64,000 nucleotides of DNA from an uncultured Gammaproteobacteria bacterium (GCA_902519405.1 CABYJX010000001.1:38822-102821); one strand, 5' to 3'; numbered from the stretch's first letter, positions 9,409 through 24,216 are shown. The notes: generated by a model not told the origin, from the sequence alone. Numbers and translations are program-made.

Positions 9409-10827
9409 TCAATTTGCCTCGGATTTTGGGGCTTTTTCTATGCCATGGTCACGGAGTTTAGCGTAAAGGCTTTGGCGGCTTAGCCCTAACAATTCTGCCG
9501 CTGATGCCCTGTTGTCACGTGTTAATTTCAGTGCTGATTCAATGCATAGCGCTTCTATAGCTTCCTTTGATTCTCGAACGAGCTGCTTGAGCGGCACCCT
9601 ACCGACTCGCCGAGTTATTTCCTCAATCGATTTTGGCAATCTCTGCGATGATAGATCTTTATTAGTTACTCTTCTACTTACGTCCCTGATTAAAAGTCCA
9701 ATTGTCGGATTCTCAGCCTCAAGTAATTTAAACGCAGAAATTTCCACCTCCGTTAGGATCCCAGATTCACCGCGTAAAGTAGAAGCGAAAAGTTTCACCT
9801 CCTCGGATAGCTTTAGATTGTTAAAAAGTACGTTCATGTCTACCGCTGAACGACCCAGCCACTCATGAGCCAATCTACCTAAAATTTGATCTTCGCTCAT
9901 TAATTGCGTCATTAGCAGAAAGGTATGGTTGGCAGCTAGGATTTGGCCATTTTCATTTGTAAAGATAATTGCATCTGAGGCATTTTGTATCTCAGCAGGC
10001 ATCTTGTTGCCTAAAATCTCCGAGTTAAATGAACCACTTCCCTCTGGAGTAAATCGAGCCAGAAAACGAGACTCTCCATTCTGGCTAAGAAAATTTAAAT
10101 TGAGTATTAGAGGTATAAGGTCGTCTTCTGATCGAACATAAGCTTTATTTTCTCGACCTCCTCCTAACGCCTGTTTACAAAGCTTGGCAACTGTTTCATG
10201 GTCCTCTGCCTCCAGTCCTACTGGAAAAGGTTTTCCCACGATCGACTTTCCTCTGCCAAGTAATCTATTGGCGATAGGGTTAGCTTCCAGAACACGATTT
10301 GTTTGTTCATCGATCACGACGATGGCGTCACTCACCATATCGATAATGGATCGATATCTTGTTTCAACCTGTCTTAGACGCCAATAATCCTGCTCTAGCG
10401 CTTGCTGAGTATTAAGTAGTTGCTGCCTAAGATTAGTAACGGGTCTCATATCGGTGCCGGCGACAAGGATTCTTTTAGTTTCCTGTATTGCGACGCAGTG
10501 GTACTGAATGGGTAGTTCGATATTTCCTGTTAGATTATGGATTAAATTGCAGTGTATAACTTCCCCCGGTGCGTCGAGAGCGGAAGATAATGCGTCACTA
10601 CCGACCTTGCGTTCAGATTCGTTTAGCCCATCCAGCCAGTGAATACCTACCAAAGATTCATTGATGCTGGTTCTAAGTTCAGCCGATACGCTAAGAATTT
10701 CTTCGATCTGTCCCCCCGGCTTAAGCGCTAGCACAAAGTCCGCCAAGCTTTCTATTATTCTACTTGCTGATGTCGATTCTGCAGCGATTAGCACGTTATT
10801 TGATCCATATCCTAGTCTTTTCAACAA
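9409..10827 (-). CDS. ppsR: Photosynthesis gene repressor PpsR/CrtJ (PAS domains plus C-terminal Fis-type HTH)
   Basis: At 472 aa it has repeated PAS-like segments and a C-terminal ...ASAAELLGLSRQSLYAKLRDHGI helix-turn-helix. It is divergent from bchF. Confidence 0.9.
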   Translation of the reverse strand: MLKRLGYGSNNVLIAAESTSASRIIESLADFVLALKPGGQIEEILSVSAELRTSINESLVGIHWLDGLNESERKVGSDALSSALDAPGEVIHCNLIHNLTGNIELPIQYHCVAIQETKRILVAGTDMRPVTNLRQQLLNTQQALEQDYWRLRQVETRYRSIIDMVSDAIVVIDEQTNRVLEANPIANRLLGRGKSIVGKPFPVGLEAEDHETVAKLCKQALGGGRENKAYVRSEDDLIPLILNLNFLSQNGESRFLARFTPEGSGSFNSEILGNKMPAEIQNASDAIIFTNENGQILAANHTFLLMTQLMSEDQILGRLAHEWLGRSAVDMNVLFNNLKLSEEVKLFASTLRGESGILTEVEISAFKLLEAENPTIGLLIRDVSRRVTNKDLSSQRLPKSIEEITRRVGRVPLKQLVRESKEAIEALCIESALKLTRDNRASAAELLGLSRQSLYAKLRDHGIEKAPKSEAN

Positions 10828-10948
10828 AAACGTGATGCCATTTGTTTAATTTTCTTGTTTAGGGCCTTTGTGTTGCGCGTTATTTCAAGCTTATAAAGGT
10901 TAGTAACCGACCATATTAAAGTGCGAGTTAAGCGCAGAGAATTGATAT

Positions 10949-10966
10949 TGTCAATTTCTATTGACT
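10949..10966. promoter_or_regulatory. PpsR-type box 1 in the ppsR/bchF divergent region (TGT-N12-ACT)
   Basis: The sequence is TGTCAATTTCTATTGACT. It lies 7 bp upstream of a perfect TGT-N12-ACA box and has inverted TGTCAA/TTGACT arms. Confidence 0.55.
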
Positions 10967-10973
10967 AATTGAG

Positions 10974-10991
10974 TGTAAGTTTATGTTGACA
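10974..10991. promoter_or_regulatory. PpsR-type box 2 in the ppsR/bchF divergent region (perfect TGT-N12-ACA)
   Basis: The sequence is TGTAAGTTTATGTTGACA. It is paired with box 1 at the short spacing known for cooperative CrtJ/PpsR binding and overlaps a -35-like TTGACA. Confidence 0.7.
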
Positions 10992-11014
10992 GATAGGCAG
11001 ACGAGTACTAAATT
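10986..11014 (+). promoter_or_regulatory. Putative sigma-70-type promoter of the bchF superoperon
   Basis: TTGACA (10986-10991), a 17-nt spacer and TAAATT (11009-11014) lie about 45 nt upstream of the bchF ATG. The -35 element is embedded in PpsR box 2. Confidence 0.45.
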
Positions 11015-11059
11015 CACCCCTAGGCATGATGCAAAGTAAAAAATGACGGGAGTCAAAAT

Positions 11060-11572
11060 ATGACCCAGCTCGCGGAGTATGACCGGGAAGGCCTAGACCT
11101 TTATACCGCCGAGCAGCGTCGCCGTCGAGATGAAACCCATTGGACTGTCGTCCAGGGTATCTTGGCGCCGCTGCAATTTTTAATTTTTCTGATTAGTGTT
11201 GTATTAGTTATCAATTATCTGAATAACGGTACCGGTTTTGGAGCAGCTACGGCCTCTGTAATTGCGAAAACACTGGTGCTCTATGCGATCATGTTGACTG
11301 GTGCTATCTGGGAAAAAGTAGTTTTTGGGCGGTATCTATTTGCAGGACCTTTTTTCTGGGAAGATGTTGTTAGTATGGGTGTGATCGCTCTGCACACGGC
11401 ATATTTGGTCAGTTGGTTTTTTGATCTGGTTGCGCCGGAGGCTCAACTATGGCTGGCATTAGCTGCGTATGCGGCTTATGTTGTTAACGCCATTCAATTC
11501 TTGATTAAGTTTCAGAGTGCTAGACGATCGGCTCATGCTGGCTCGAAAATCCTTGCGGGGGATTATCAATGA
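11060..11572 (+). CDS. bchF: 3-vinyl bacteriochlorophyllide hydratase
   Basis: The sequence LYTAEQRRRRDETHWTVVQGILAPLQFLIFLISV is a typical BchF N-terminus with membrane helices. The stop overlaps the bchN start (ATGA). Confidence 0.92.
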   Translation: MTQLAEYDREGLDLYTAEQRRRRDETHWTVVQGILAPLQFLIFLISVVLVINYLNNGTGFGAATASVIAKTLVLYAIMLTGAIWEKVVFGRYLFAGPFFWEDVVSMGVIALHTAYLVSWFFDLVAPEAQLWLALAAYAAYVVNAIQFLIKFQSARRSAHAGSKILAGDYQ

Positions 11573-12849
11573 ATGAGGCTGTTCTGGCTTGGGACGGACA
11601 AGAAAAAGCAGTTAATCACTTAGTTCAGGAGAGAGGGCAGCGAGCTGTTTTTTGCGGTCTTACCTCAATAGTGTGGCTTCATCGAAAAATTCAAGACGCT
11701 TTTTTTCTAGTGGTTGGATCTCGAACCTGCGCTCATCTGGTGCAAAGCGCTGCAGGCGTAATGATTTTTGCTGAGCCACGTTTTGCGACAGCGGTACTCT
11801 CGGATCGCGATCTGGCAGGGATGGCAGATTGTAATGAAGAGCTGGACCGAGTTGTGGGTCAAGTGGTTGCTCGTCGCAGTGACATAAAAACGATCTTTCT
11901 AGTGAGCTCATGCCCCTCTGAAGTAATCAAATTGGATCTAGGTAATGCTGCTGAGAGATTGCGCCGAACTTATGCCGGGAAAATAAATTTTGTCGATTAT
12001 TCCGGAAGCGGCATAGAGACGACTTTCAGTCAAGGTGAAGATAGCTGTTTACAGAGTTTGGTCAAGCAACTGCCTGATGCAGGCAACGAAGATCCGAGCC
12101 TGCTTGTTTTGGGGACCTTATCTGATATTGTGGAAGATCAGTTCAGGCGTCTATTTGAAGGACTTGGAATAGGACCTGTGTCATTCTTTCCGGGACGTGC
12201 GGCTGGCGATTTACCTCCGGTGGGCCCTGGAACTCGTTTGTTAGCTGCGCAACCTTATGTAAATGAAACCGTCAGATCCCTGCAGGCTCGTGGCGCAACG
12301 CTTTTGCGAGCTCCATTTCCTTATGGGGCGGAGGGAAGTCAGGGATGGTTCAGAGCGGCTGCAGATGCCTGGCAGGTGCCTGTTACTAGATTTAGAGAAG
12401 TCATTGGAGCGCCTCTTGAAAGAGCGCGTCTAGCCGTGAGTCAGCATCAGAGTCAATTGACTGGAAAACGTATTACTTTCCTTCCAGACTCGCAATTAGA
12501 ATTACCTTTGGCCCGTTTCTTAAATAGAGAATGTGGCATGGAGCTTGTTGAGATTGGTACACCGTTATTCGAACAGCAACTTATGCAAGTAGAAAAATCT
12601 TTATTGCCAGAGACGGTGAGGCTGACTGAGGGCCAAGATTTGGATCCGCAGCTCGATCGAGTTCGCCGCGATAGGCCTGATCTAACCGTCTGCGGAATGG
12701 GAATTGCCAATCCTTTGGAGGCTGAAGGCTTGAGAACAAAATGGTCGATTGAGCTCATGTTTACTCCTATACAAGGTTTTGAGCAAGCAGGTGATTTGGC
12801 TGGTTTGTTTACCCGTCCTTTAACCAGAGAAGCACAGCTAAAGGTTTAG
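11569..12849 (+). CDS. bchN: Light-independent protochlorophyllide reductase subunit N
   Basis: The sequence ERGQRAVFCGLTSIVWLHRKIQDAFFLVVGSRTCAHL is the BchN/ChlN cluster-binding region. Confidence 0.95.
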   Translation: MNEAVLAWDGQEKAVNHLVQERGQRAVFCGLTSIVWLHRKIQDAFFLVVGSRTCAHLVQSAAGVMIFAEPRFATAVLSDRDLAGMADCNEELDRVVGQVVARRSDIKTIFLVSSCPSEVIKLDLGNAAERLRRTYAGKINFVDYSGSGIETTFSQGEDSCLQSLVKQLPDAGNEDPSLLVLGTLSDIVEDQFRRLFEGLGIGPVSFFPGRAAGDLPPVGPGTRLLAAQPYVNETVRSLQARGATLLRAPFPYGAEGSQGWFRAAADAWQVPVTRFREVIGAPLERARLAVSQHQSQLTGKRITFLPDSQLELPLARFLNRECGMELVEIGTPLFEQQLMQVEKSLLPETVRLTEGQDLDPQLDRVRRDRPDLTVCGMGIANPLEAEGLRTKWSIELMFTPIQGFEQAGDLAGLFTRPLTREAQLKV

Positions 12850-12852
12850 TCT

Positions 12853-14392
12853 ATGGACTTAACTTTCTGGACATATGAAGGCCCGCCTCATGTTGGCGCT
12901 ATAAGGGTTGCCGACTCGATGAAGGGTGTTCACTTGGTGTTACATTCACCCCAGGGAGATACTTACGCTGATCTTTTATTCACTATGATCGAACGGGAAA
13001 ATCGTCGGCCACCGGTGACTTACACTACCTTTCAGGCCAGAGACCTGGGTGCAAGTACCGCCGAGCTATTTTTAAAGAGTCTTGAGGAAGCGTGCGACCG
13101 TTTTAAGCCACAAATCATGTTAGTAGGCGATTCTTGTACCGCAGAGCTTATACAGGACCAGCCAGGCTCCCTAGCTGAAAGTGCTAACTTGCCAGTTCCT
13201 GTAATACCTTTGGAGCTTCTTGCATACTCACGGAAGGAAAACTGGGGAGCAAGTGAAACATTCTACAGCTTGGTCAGAGGACTGCTATCGCGAAGCGTGC
13301 CGGCCCCTGACTGGGTCAGGCCCGATAGGTCCGATGAAAAATCGCCTTCTGTTAACTTGCTAGGCCCGAGTACATTGGGATTTCGCTGTCGCGATGATAT
13401 CAAGGAAATCACTCGACTACTTGGTGATATTGGAGTGGAAGTGAACGTAACAGCGCCTTTGGGTGCTGCCCCTTTGGATTTACTCCGTATTCCTGAAGCA
13501 GACGCGAATGTTTCATTGTATCCGGAGGTTTCAGATTCTACTTGTACTTGGCTGGAACGTAATTTCAAGCAACCTATCATTAAAACGGTTCCCATTGGTG
13601 TTTCGGCGACGATGGAGTTTTTGAAGGAAGTAACGGAAAAACTAGATATAGAGCTTCCCTCCCAGGAGTTTCCAGAATCACGATTGCCCTGGTATTCACG
13701 GTCAGTCGATTCTACTTACTTAACAGGGAAACGAGTCTTTATTTTTGCCGATGCGACCCACGCAATTGCGGCTGCAAGGATTGCAAAAGAAGAGCTCGCT
13801 TTTGAAGTGGTGGGTCTAGGCACCTACTCTCGTGAACAAGCTCGTCAAGTGCGGACTGCTGCGAAGGAGTATGGTGTCGATCCGTTGATTACTGATAACT
13901 ATCTAGAAGTAGAGAAGAGTATAAGTGAGGCACAGCCGGAGCTAGTGCTGGGAACGCAGATGGAGCGTCATATCGCAAAAAGGCTAGGGATAGCATGTGC
14001 GGTGATTTCGACGCCTGCACATGTCCAGGATTACCCGGCTCGGTATTCGCCGCAGATGGGTTTTGAGGGGGCGAATGTCATCTTTGATACTTGGGTACAT
14101 CCGCTGATGATGGGGTTAGAAGAGCATTTGCTGACCATGTTTAGGGATGATTTTGAATTTAACGAAAAGGTAGCACCTTCGCATCTAGCAAGTGAGGGCG
14201 GTGGCATAAAAAAGGATGGCGAATCGGTGGAAGCTGATTCTGATCTTTCGCAAAGTGCCAATTTTACCTGGGAGCTTTCTGCGGAAAAGGAATTACGAAA
14301 AATACCATTTTTTGTGCGAGGAAAGGCTAGAAGAAATACCGAAAAATTCGCCTCTGAAAAAGGCATGACAGTCATAAACGTGGACACTTTAT

Positions 14393-14421
<29 letters not shown>
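12853..14421 (+). CDS. bchB: Light-independent protochlorophyllide reductase subunit B
   Basis: The sequence [43 protein letters not shown] is the hallmark BchB start. The C-terminal PCP_red-type tail is present. Confidence 0.95.
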
Positions 14422-19025
<4,604 letters not shown>

Positions 19026-19026
<1 letters not shown>

Positions 19027-19727
19027 TGCGTACAGCGAATTATCAGCAGCGACGATCCGAGATAGAAACATACTTTGATAGGACTGCGGCGGATGCTTGG
19101 TCCCGTTTGACGTCAGATGCTCCTGTTAGCCGGATTAGGCGGACGGTAAGGGCTGGTAGGGATCGGATGCGGTCAGTGATACTTGATTGGTTGCCGAAAA
19201 ATCTCAGGGGAAAGCGTATTCTTGATGCAGGCTGTGGTGCTGGTAATTTTGCGTTTGAGGCGGCCGAGCTAGGTGCTCAAGTAATAGGTATTGATTTATC
19301 TCCCACACTGATAAAACTCGCTCGCGATAGGATGCCAGATTTTTCAGGGGATGGTTCCGTCGAATTCCATGTCGGCGATATGTTAGATGGAGTCAGCGAC
19401 AATTTTGATTATTTAGTCGCCATGGACTCCTTGATCCACTATGACTGTAGCGATGGAATTAATGTTTTGTCGAGTCTGTCCGAAAAAATCGAAGAGAGAA
19501 TGATATTTACTTTTGCTCCTCGTACTTTTTTTCTTGGAAGTATGCACACCATCGGCCGTCTTTTCCCCCGGGGCGATAGAGCGCCGTCCATTGAACCAAT
19601 AGCCGAAAAAAAATTATGGAATTTTCTTGATGGAGATGATTGCTTATCCCAATGGTCTCGCGGGCGGATCGAGAGAGTAAAAAGTGGATTTTATATTTCT
19701 CAGGCTTGCGAGTTAGTTAGATGCTAG
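19026..19727 (+). CDS. bchM: Mg-protoporphyrin IX O-methyltransferase
   Basis: The sequence YFDRTAADAWSRLTSDAPVSRIRRTVRAGRD...ILDAGCGAGNF contains the SAM motif. The ATG overlaps the bchL stop (TGATG), and TTG 19023 is an alternative start. Confidence 0.92.
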
Positions 19728-21151
19728 AAGATGATCCATACAAGGGAGAAAAAGGTAACTGGCTTACTAAGCTGCTGATTCCTTTCGCTGACGCCGCGAC
19801 TAAGGATTTACCATTTGGGCGACTCATGCGCTTGTCGCTTTTTCAAGGGTCAGTTGGTATGGCTGTTGTACTTCTCAACGGAACGTTAAATCGAGTGATG
19901 GTTTTAGAGCTGGGTCAGGCGGTCTGGCTAGTTTCATTAATGGTGTCTTTACCCCTTTTATTTGCTCCTTTAAGGGCGCTTATTGGTTTTCAGTCAGATC
20001 AACATAAGTCTGTTTTGGGTTGGCGTCGAGTTCCCTATATCTGGGTTGGTACGATGTTGCAGTATGGTGGTTTGGCAGTTATGCCGTTTGCGCTGATAGT
20101 TCTTACCGAACCAACTAATGCACCAGCATGGGCTGGAACGGTAGCAACTATGGCAGCATTTTTGGCTATTGGAGCAGGATTACATACCACCCAGACCGCC
20201 GGTTTGGCTCTAGCTACCGATCTCGCTTCCACTGCTTCCAGACCAAAAGTGGTTTCCTTGATGTATGTGACGCTTCTGCTGGGGATGATCATTAGTTCAC
20301 TTACGTTCTCTTTTCTTCTTTCTGACTTCAGCTATTATCGACTCATTCAAGTAATACAGGGTGCGGCAGTTGTTACCTTTGTGCTGAACATGGTGGCACT
20401 CTGGAAGCAGGAATCCCGTAATAAGATAACGACTGATCCATCTAGGCCGCGACCTTCATTTAGAGAGACATGGGAAGTCTTCATAAATTCGGGCCGATCT
20501 GCAAGACTTCTGGTTGCTGTGGGACTGGGTACTGCAGGTTTCGCTATGCAAGATATTTTATTGGAGCCTTATGGCGGAGAAATCCTTGGTCTGTCCGTGA
20601 GTGCCACCACCGGTCTAACTGCCCTGCTTGCCAGTGGAATGTTAATTGCGTTTGGGCTTAGTTCACGAGTACTAGGTAAAGGAGGTGACCCGATTCGTTT
20701 GGCTGCCTATGGCGCTGTTTTGGGGGTTTTCGCTTTCGCAGCCGTTTTGCTAGCGGCACCGATGGAGTCACCGCTACTTTTTAGAATAGGCACTTTTTTT
20801 ATTGGATTTGGTAGTGGACTGTTTTCCATCGGTACCTTAACCGCTGCGATGGATTTGTCTGATGGTGATCAGGCTGGACTCGCAATTGGTGCGTGGGGAG
20901 CGGTTCAAGCGACTATGACCGGTTTAGCGATTGCCTTTGGTGGTGGTCTTCGAGATTTTTTCTCTCATTTTGCTGCCTCTGGCTATCTTGGCACTGCTGC
21001 AATGCATCCAAGTACAGGATATGGAGTCGTATATTTGCTGGAAATTGTGATCCTATTTGCCGCTCTCATATCGATAGGGCCTCTGGTGAGAGGATCGCGT
21101 GAAATTAAATCGAAATCAACGGAATTTCGTCTAGCGGAATTTCCCGGATAA
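19721..21151 (+). CDS. lhaA: LhaA/PucC-family MFS protein (LH1 assembly factor type)
   Basis: The protein has 12 TM segments and the PucC-family motif LRLSLFQGSVGMAVVLLNGTLNRVMVLEL. Its position between bchM and puhA is the classical lhaA locus. It overlaps bchM by 7 nt. Confidence 0.85.
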   Translation: MLEDDPYKGEKGNWLTKLLIPFADAATKDLPFGRLMRLSLFQGSVGMAVVLLNGTLNRVMVLELGQAVWLVSLMVSLPLLFAPLRALIGFQSDQHKSVLGWRRVPYIWVGTMLQYGGLAVMPFALIVLTEPTNAPAWAGTVATMAAFLAIGAGLHTTQTAGLALATDLASTASRPKVVSLMYVTLLLGMIISSLTFSFLLSDFSYYRLIQVIQGAAVVTFVLNMVALWKQESRNKITTDPSRPRPSFRETWEVFINSGRSARLLVAVGLGTAGFAMQDILLEPYGGEILGLSVSATTGLTALLASGMLIAFGLSSRVLGKGGDPIRLAAYGAVLGVFAFAAVLLAAPMESPLLFRIGTFFIGFGSGLFSIGTLTAAMDLSDGDQAGLAIGAWGAVQATMTGLAIAFGGGLRDFFSHFAASGYLGTAAMHPSTGYGVVYLLEIVILFAALISIGPLVRGSREIKSKSTEFRLAEFPG

Positions 21152-21180
21152 TAATAGAAACCCGACAGGGAGGTTTTAAC

Positions 21181-21975
21181 ATGGAAAACTTTTTTACTGA
21201 AACTTTTGATGTGGCGCAGCTGACGTTATATCTGTTTTGGATATTTTTCTTTGGCTTGATTCTATACCTTCATAGAGAAAGCAAGCGAGAAGGATTCCCT
21301 TCAGATGGTGAGGTGGATTCAGAACTTCACAAGTTCCCTTTAAATATTTTTCAGCTTTTGACGAGTCCGGACGATATGCCCGACGCTAAAGAGTTCAAAC
21401 TCCCACACGGAGGTGGCACCCGTGTAGTGCCTGGTCCCCAGCAAAACGATGGTTATGACGTTCGCGCGCAACCGATGTCTGATGAACCTGGTGCCCCTTT
21501 AGAGCCAACAGGAGATCCGATGGTGGACGCTGTTGGTCCTGCCTCATATGCGATCCGACCTGAAGTACCCGACATGACGATAGATGGTAGGCCTCGTATA
21601 GTGCCTCTGCGAATCGCAACTGATCATGAACTTGAATCTCGAGACCCTAATCCGATAGGAAAGGAGGTATTTGGAGCGGACGGAATTGTTGCAGGCACTG
21701 TAAAGGATGCCTGGGTCGATAGAAGCGAACCGCATGTCCGTTATCTAGAACTCTCAGTACAGGGTCAATCCGTGATGCTCCCTATGCCATTTGCAAAGGT
21801 TGATGGAGAAACAGGCGAGGTCAAAGTAGCCTCGATTCTAGCGAGTCAGTTCAGCGGGGTACCAGCTATAGCAAATCCCGATCAAATAACCCTTCAGGAA
21901 GAAGATAAGGTTAGTGCTTACTATGGTGGTGGAACCTTATATGCTACGCCAGAGCGTTCCGAGCCAATTCTATGA
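21181..21975 (+). CDS. puhA: Photosynthetic reaction centre H subunit
   Basis: The N-terminal single TM FDVAQLTLYLFWIFFFGLILYLHRESKREGFP is followed by a PRC-barrel-like C-terminal domain. GGGAGG lies upstream. Confidence 0.93.
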   Translation: MENFFTETFDVAQLTLYLFWIFFFGLILYLHRESKREGFPSDGEVDSELHKFPLNIFQLLTSPDDMPDAKEFKLPHGGGTRVVPGPQQNDGYDVRAQPMSDEPGAPLEPTGDPMVDAVGPASYAIRPEVPDMTIDGRPRIVPLRIATDHELESRDPNPIGKEVFGADGIVAGTVKDAWVDRSEPHVRYLELSVQGQSVMLPMPFAKVDGETGEVKVASILASQFSGVPAIANPDQITLQEEDKVSAYYGGGTLYATPERSEPIL

Positions 21976-22646
21976 GCCAGGACTCAAATGCTTTGATTCA
22001 GGCCATATCGGGCGCTGATGATGCGAGCGATTTTAACGGAATAAAGGGTCTTCCAGATCAGCCGCCTGATGGTGAAGAGGTCGTTTGGCAGGGAGAGCCG
22101 AAGTGGAGTGCTTTGGCGACTCGGTTGTTTAGAGTTAGATTAGTGCTGGCTTATTTTGTATTGTTGGCAGGGTTTACAGCCCTGATTTCGGAGGCCGCAG
22201 GTCCAGAACTTTTGGCGACTTTGGTTTGGCAATTTTGCCTCGCCATATTGGCCACATCAATACTGATAGGGCTTGCGTGGCTTTATGCCACGACCACAGT
22301 GTATACAGTTACCGATAAGCGACTTGTATTGGAATTTGGGGTTGCTTTTACAATGAGTTTAAATATCCCTTGGGACTTAGTCGAGTCAGCAGCAAATAAA
22401 ACCTTTAGTGACGGTACTGCTGATGTGGTGATAAAGCTGTTACCTGGAAATAATGTCTCTTACGTCACGCTTTGGCCGTTTGCTAGACCCTGGTACTTTA
22501 TGAAAGTACAACCAATGCTGCGAGGTGTTAAAGATCCCAATGTTTTAGCGGAGGCTGTTGCAAAGATTATTGATGAGAGTAGCAATAGTAACGATGGTAC
22601 CGTTGATGACTCTGATTCCTTGTCATCAGTACAGGTGGCGACTTAG
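21972..22646 (+). CDS. puhB: Photosynthetic complex assembly protein PuhB
   Basis: ATGA overlap with puhA. The protein has two to three TM segments plus a bacterial PH-like region (GEEVVWQGEPKWSAL...). Position and size match PuhB. Confidence 0.8.
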   Translation: MSQDSNALIQAISGADDASDFNGIKGLPDQPPDGEEVVWQGEPKWSALATRLFRVRLVLAYFVLLAGFTALISEAAGPELLATLVWQFCLAILATSILIGLAWLYATTTVYTVTDKRLVLEFGVAFTMSLNIPWDLVESAANKTFSDGTADVVIKLLPGNNVSYVTLWPFARPWYFMKVQPMLRGVKDPNVLAEAVAKIIDESSNSNDGTVDDSDSLSSVQVAT

Positions 22647-22688
22647 CTTCATAATGATTGAATATATAAAGGGACTACATACATACCA

Positions 22689-23111
22689 GTGCGTGTTGTA
22701 GTTCCTGTTATTTGTGCTGGTTTGCTCGTCATCATCTTGATGTTGAGCGTCCAGAAATTCTATGGGGTAGCACCTGTATCGGAAAGAGGTGCGATTGCGG
22801 AAGATATTGAATTTGAGCTAGAGCAGGTCTCAGATACTGTTTTAAGAGCTCGTGCAATTGAATCTAAGTCTATTCTTGCGACTTTTGAAAAAGGTACTTT
22901 TGCTCATAGCGTTTTTCGTAATTTAAGGAGCGAGCGAAAAAGAAATAGAGTAAATATCGAGAGTCCCTTTAGATTGGTGCGTTTTGATACGGGCGAGCTA
23001 GCGCTAAAAGATTTAGAGACTGGTTCAAGCATTTACATAAAAGCTTTTGGGCATTCAAATGCAGAGGCCTTTGATACCTTATTTGATGCGGGGTTGCTAG
23101 AGCCTGAATAG
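22689..23111 (+). CDS. puhC: Photosynthetic complex assembly protein PuhC
   Basis: A GTG start, one N-terminal TM and the C-terminal motif LALKDLETGSSIYIKAFGHSNAEAFDTLF resemble PuhC. The position after puhB also fits. Confidence 0.72.
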   Translation: MRVVVPVICAGLLVIILMLSVQKFYGVAPVSERGAIAEDIEFELEQVSDTVLRARAIESKSILATFEKGTFAHSVFRNLRSERKRNRVNIESPFRLVRFDTGELALKDLETGSSIYIKAFGHSNAEAFDTLFDAGLLEPE

Positions 23112-23146
23112 TTCAAAATATCGCTATATAGAGTTCCACGTATGGT

Positions 23147-23965
23147 TTGTTCAGTATGATTTATATTTTGGCCTTGGTCATTGCGCTATTGGGTTGGTGG
23201 GTCTCTACTGGTGTCATTCTCTTTCTAAATCATTTATCAACTAGTACCTATCGTTGGAGTATATTCGCGGCTACTGTCTTTCTTTTACTTAGTTTGATTA
23301 CAGTACCGATTTTTGTGCATGATCTTTCGTATTTAGGCGTCTTGATTGCATTTTTACAGGGTCTCTTGATTTGGGGCTGGTTAGAAATGACTTATCTGAT
23401 GGGATTTTTAACGGGCCCCAGAAAAGAGGAATGTCCTGAGGGAACTGCGGGTTGGTCAAGGTTCTGGCTTGCGTTGAAAACAAGTCTCTATCACGAACTA
23501 GCGGTTATTGCTTTAGGTGCTCTTCTAATTTTCATGACCTTTGATAAGCCAAATCCGATCGCCGGTTATACATTTGCGACACTATGGGGAATGCGTTGGA
23601 GCGCAAAACTCAACTTGTTCCTTGGTATTTTAAACTATAACTCGGATTGGTTGCCGTCGGGACTGGCTTATGTAAAAAGTTATGTCCGTTTCCAGAGAAT
23701 GAATTTTATTTTCCCTTTTTCCATATGTTCCGGAATATTGGCGGCAGTATTTTTCTTTTCTGCATCACAATCCAGTGAACTAGATGCGGCTTCTTTGGGC
23801 TTTTCAATTATTGGATTTCTACTGGTCTTTGCGATTCTTGAGCACTGTTTTTTGATGCTTCCGATTAAGGATGCTGCTCTATGGAATTGGGCGATAGGAG
23901 CATCAAAAAACATAAGTTCAGCACAAAAAGGCTCAAAAAGTATCGATGAGGTAGGTGGTACCTGA
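23147..23965 (+). CDS. puhE: Photosynthetic complex assembly protein PuhE (DUF3623-like)
   Basis: The protein is polytopic with the N-terminus ILALVIALLGWWVSTGVILFLNHL typical of PuhE. The start is either TTG 23147 or ATG 23156. Confidence 0.78.
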   Translation: MFSMIYILALVIALLGWWVSTGVILFLNHLSTSTYRWSIFAATVFLLLSLITVPIFVHDLSYLGVLIAFLQGLLIWGWLEMTYLMGFLTGPRKEECPEGTAGWSRFWLALKTSLYHELAVIALGALLIFMTFDKPNPIAGYTFATLWGMRWSAKLNLFLGILNYNSDWLPSGLAYVKSYVRFQRMNFIFPFSICSGILAAVFFFSASQSSELDAASLGFSIIGFLLVFAILEHCFLMLPIKDAALWNWAIGASKNISSAQKGSKSIDEVGGT

Positions 23966-24039
23966 GAACTAGTCCTCTATGGTTTTGTTAATCTTCAAAA
24001 TGAAACGCTTCGCTCAAACAATCTAAATACTCTTAATGG

Positions 24040-24068
24040 TTGACGTCAGCCACCAAAAGGCATAGTGT
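24040..24068 (+). promoter_or_regulatory. Possible sigma-70-type promoter for the HemN-like gene
   Basis: TTGACG (24040-24045), a 17-nt spacer and TAGTGT (24063-24068) lie in the 250-bp gap after puhE. This is a pattern match only. Confidence 0.25.
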
Positions 24069-24216
24069 GAAGACGATTGAATCTTCATTTCGCTTTTATT
24101 TTTCCAGATTCGATCGTGCAGGAAACCGTTATTTAAGTACTATTTATAAATTAATGGAGATAGGGCCGCATCAACCGCATATAACTAGTACAAAAAGTGT
24201 GAGAGGGCTGTGAGAT

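Noticed and set aside
24041-24048. A perfect 8-bp palindrome TGACGTCA upstream of the HemN-like gene. I considered it as an FNR/CRP-type oxygen-control site.
   Set aside because: It does not fit TTGAT-N4-ATCAA: the half-sites are directly abutted with no 4-nt spacer. It overlaps the putative -35 hexamer and is more simply explained as part of it.
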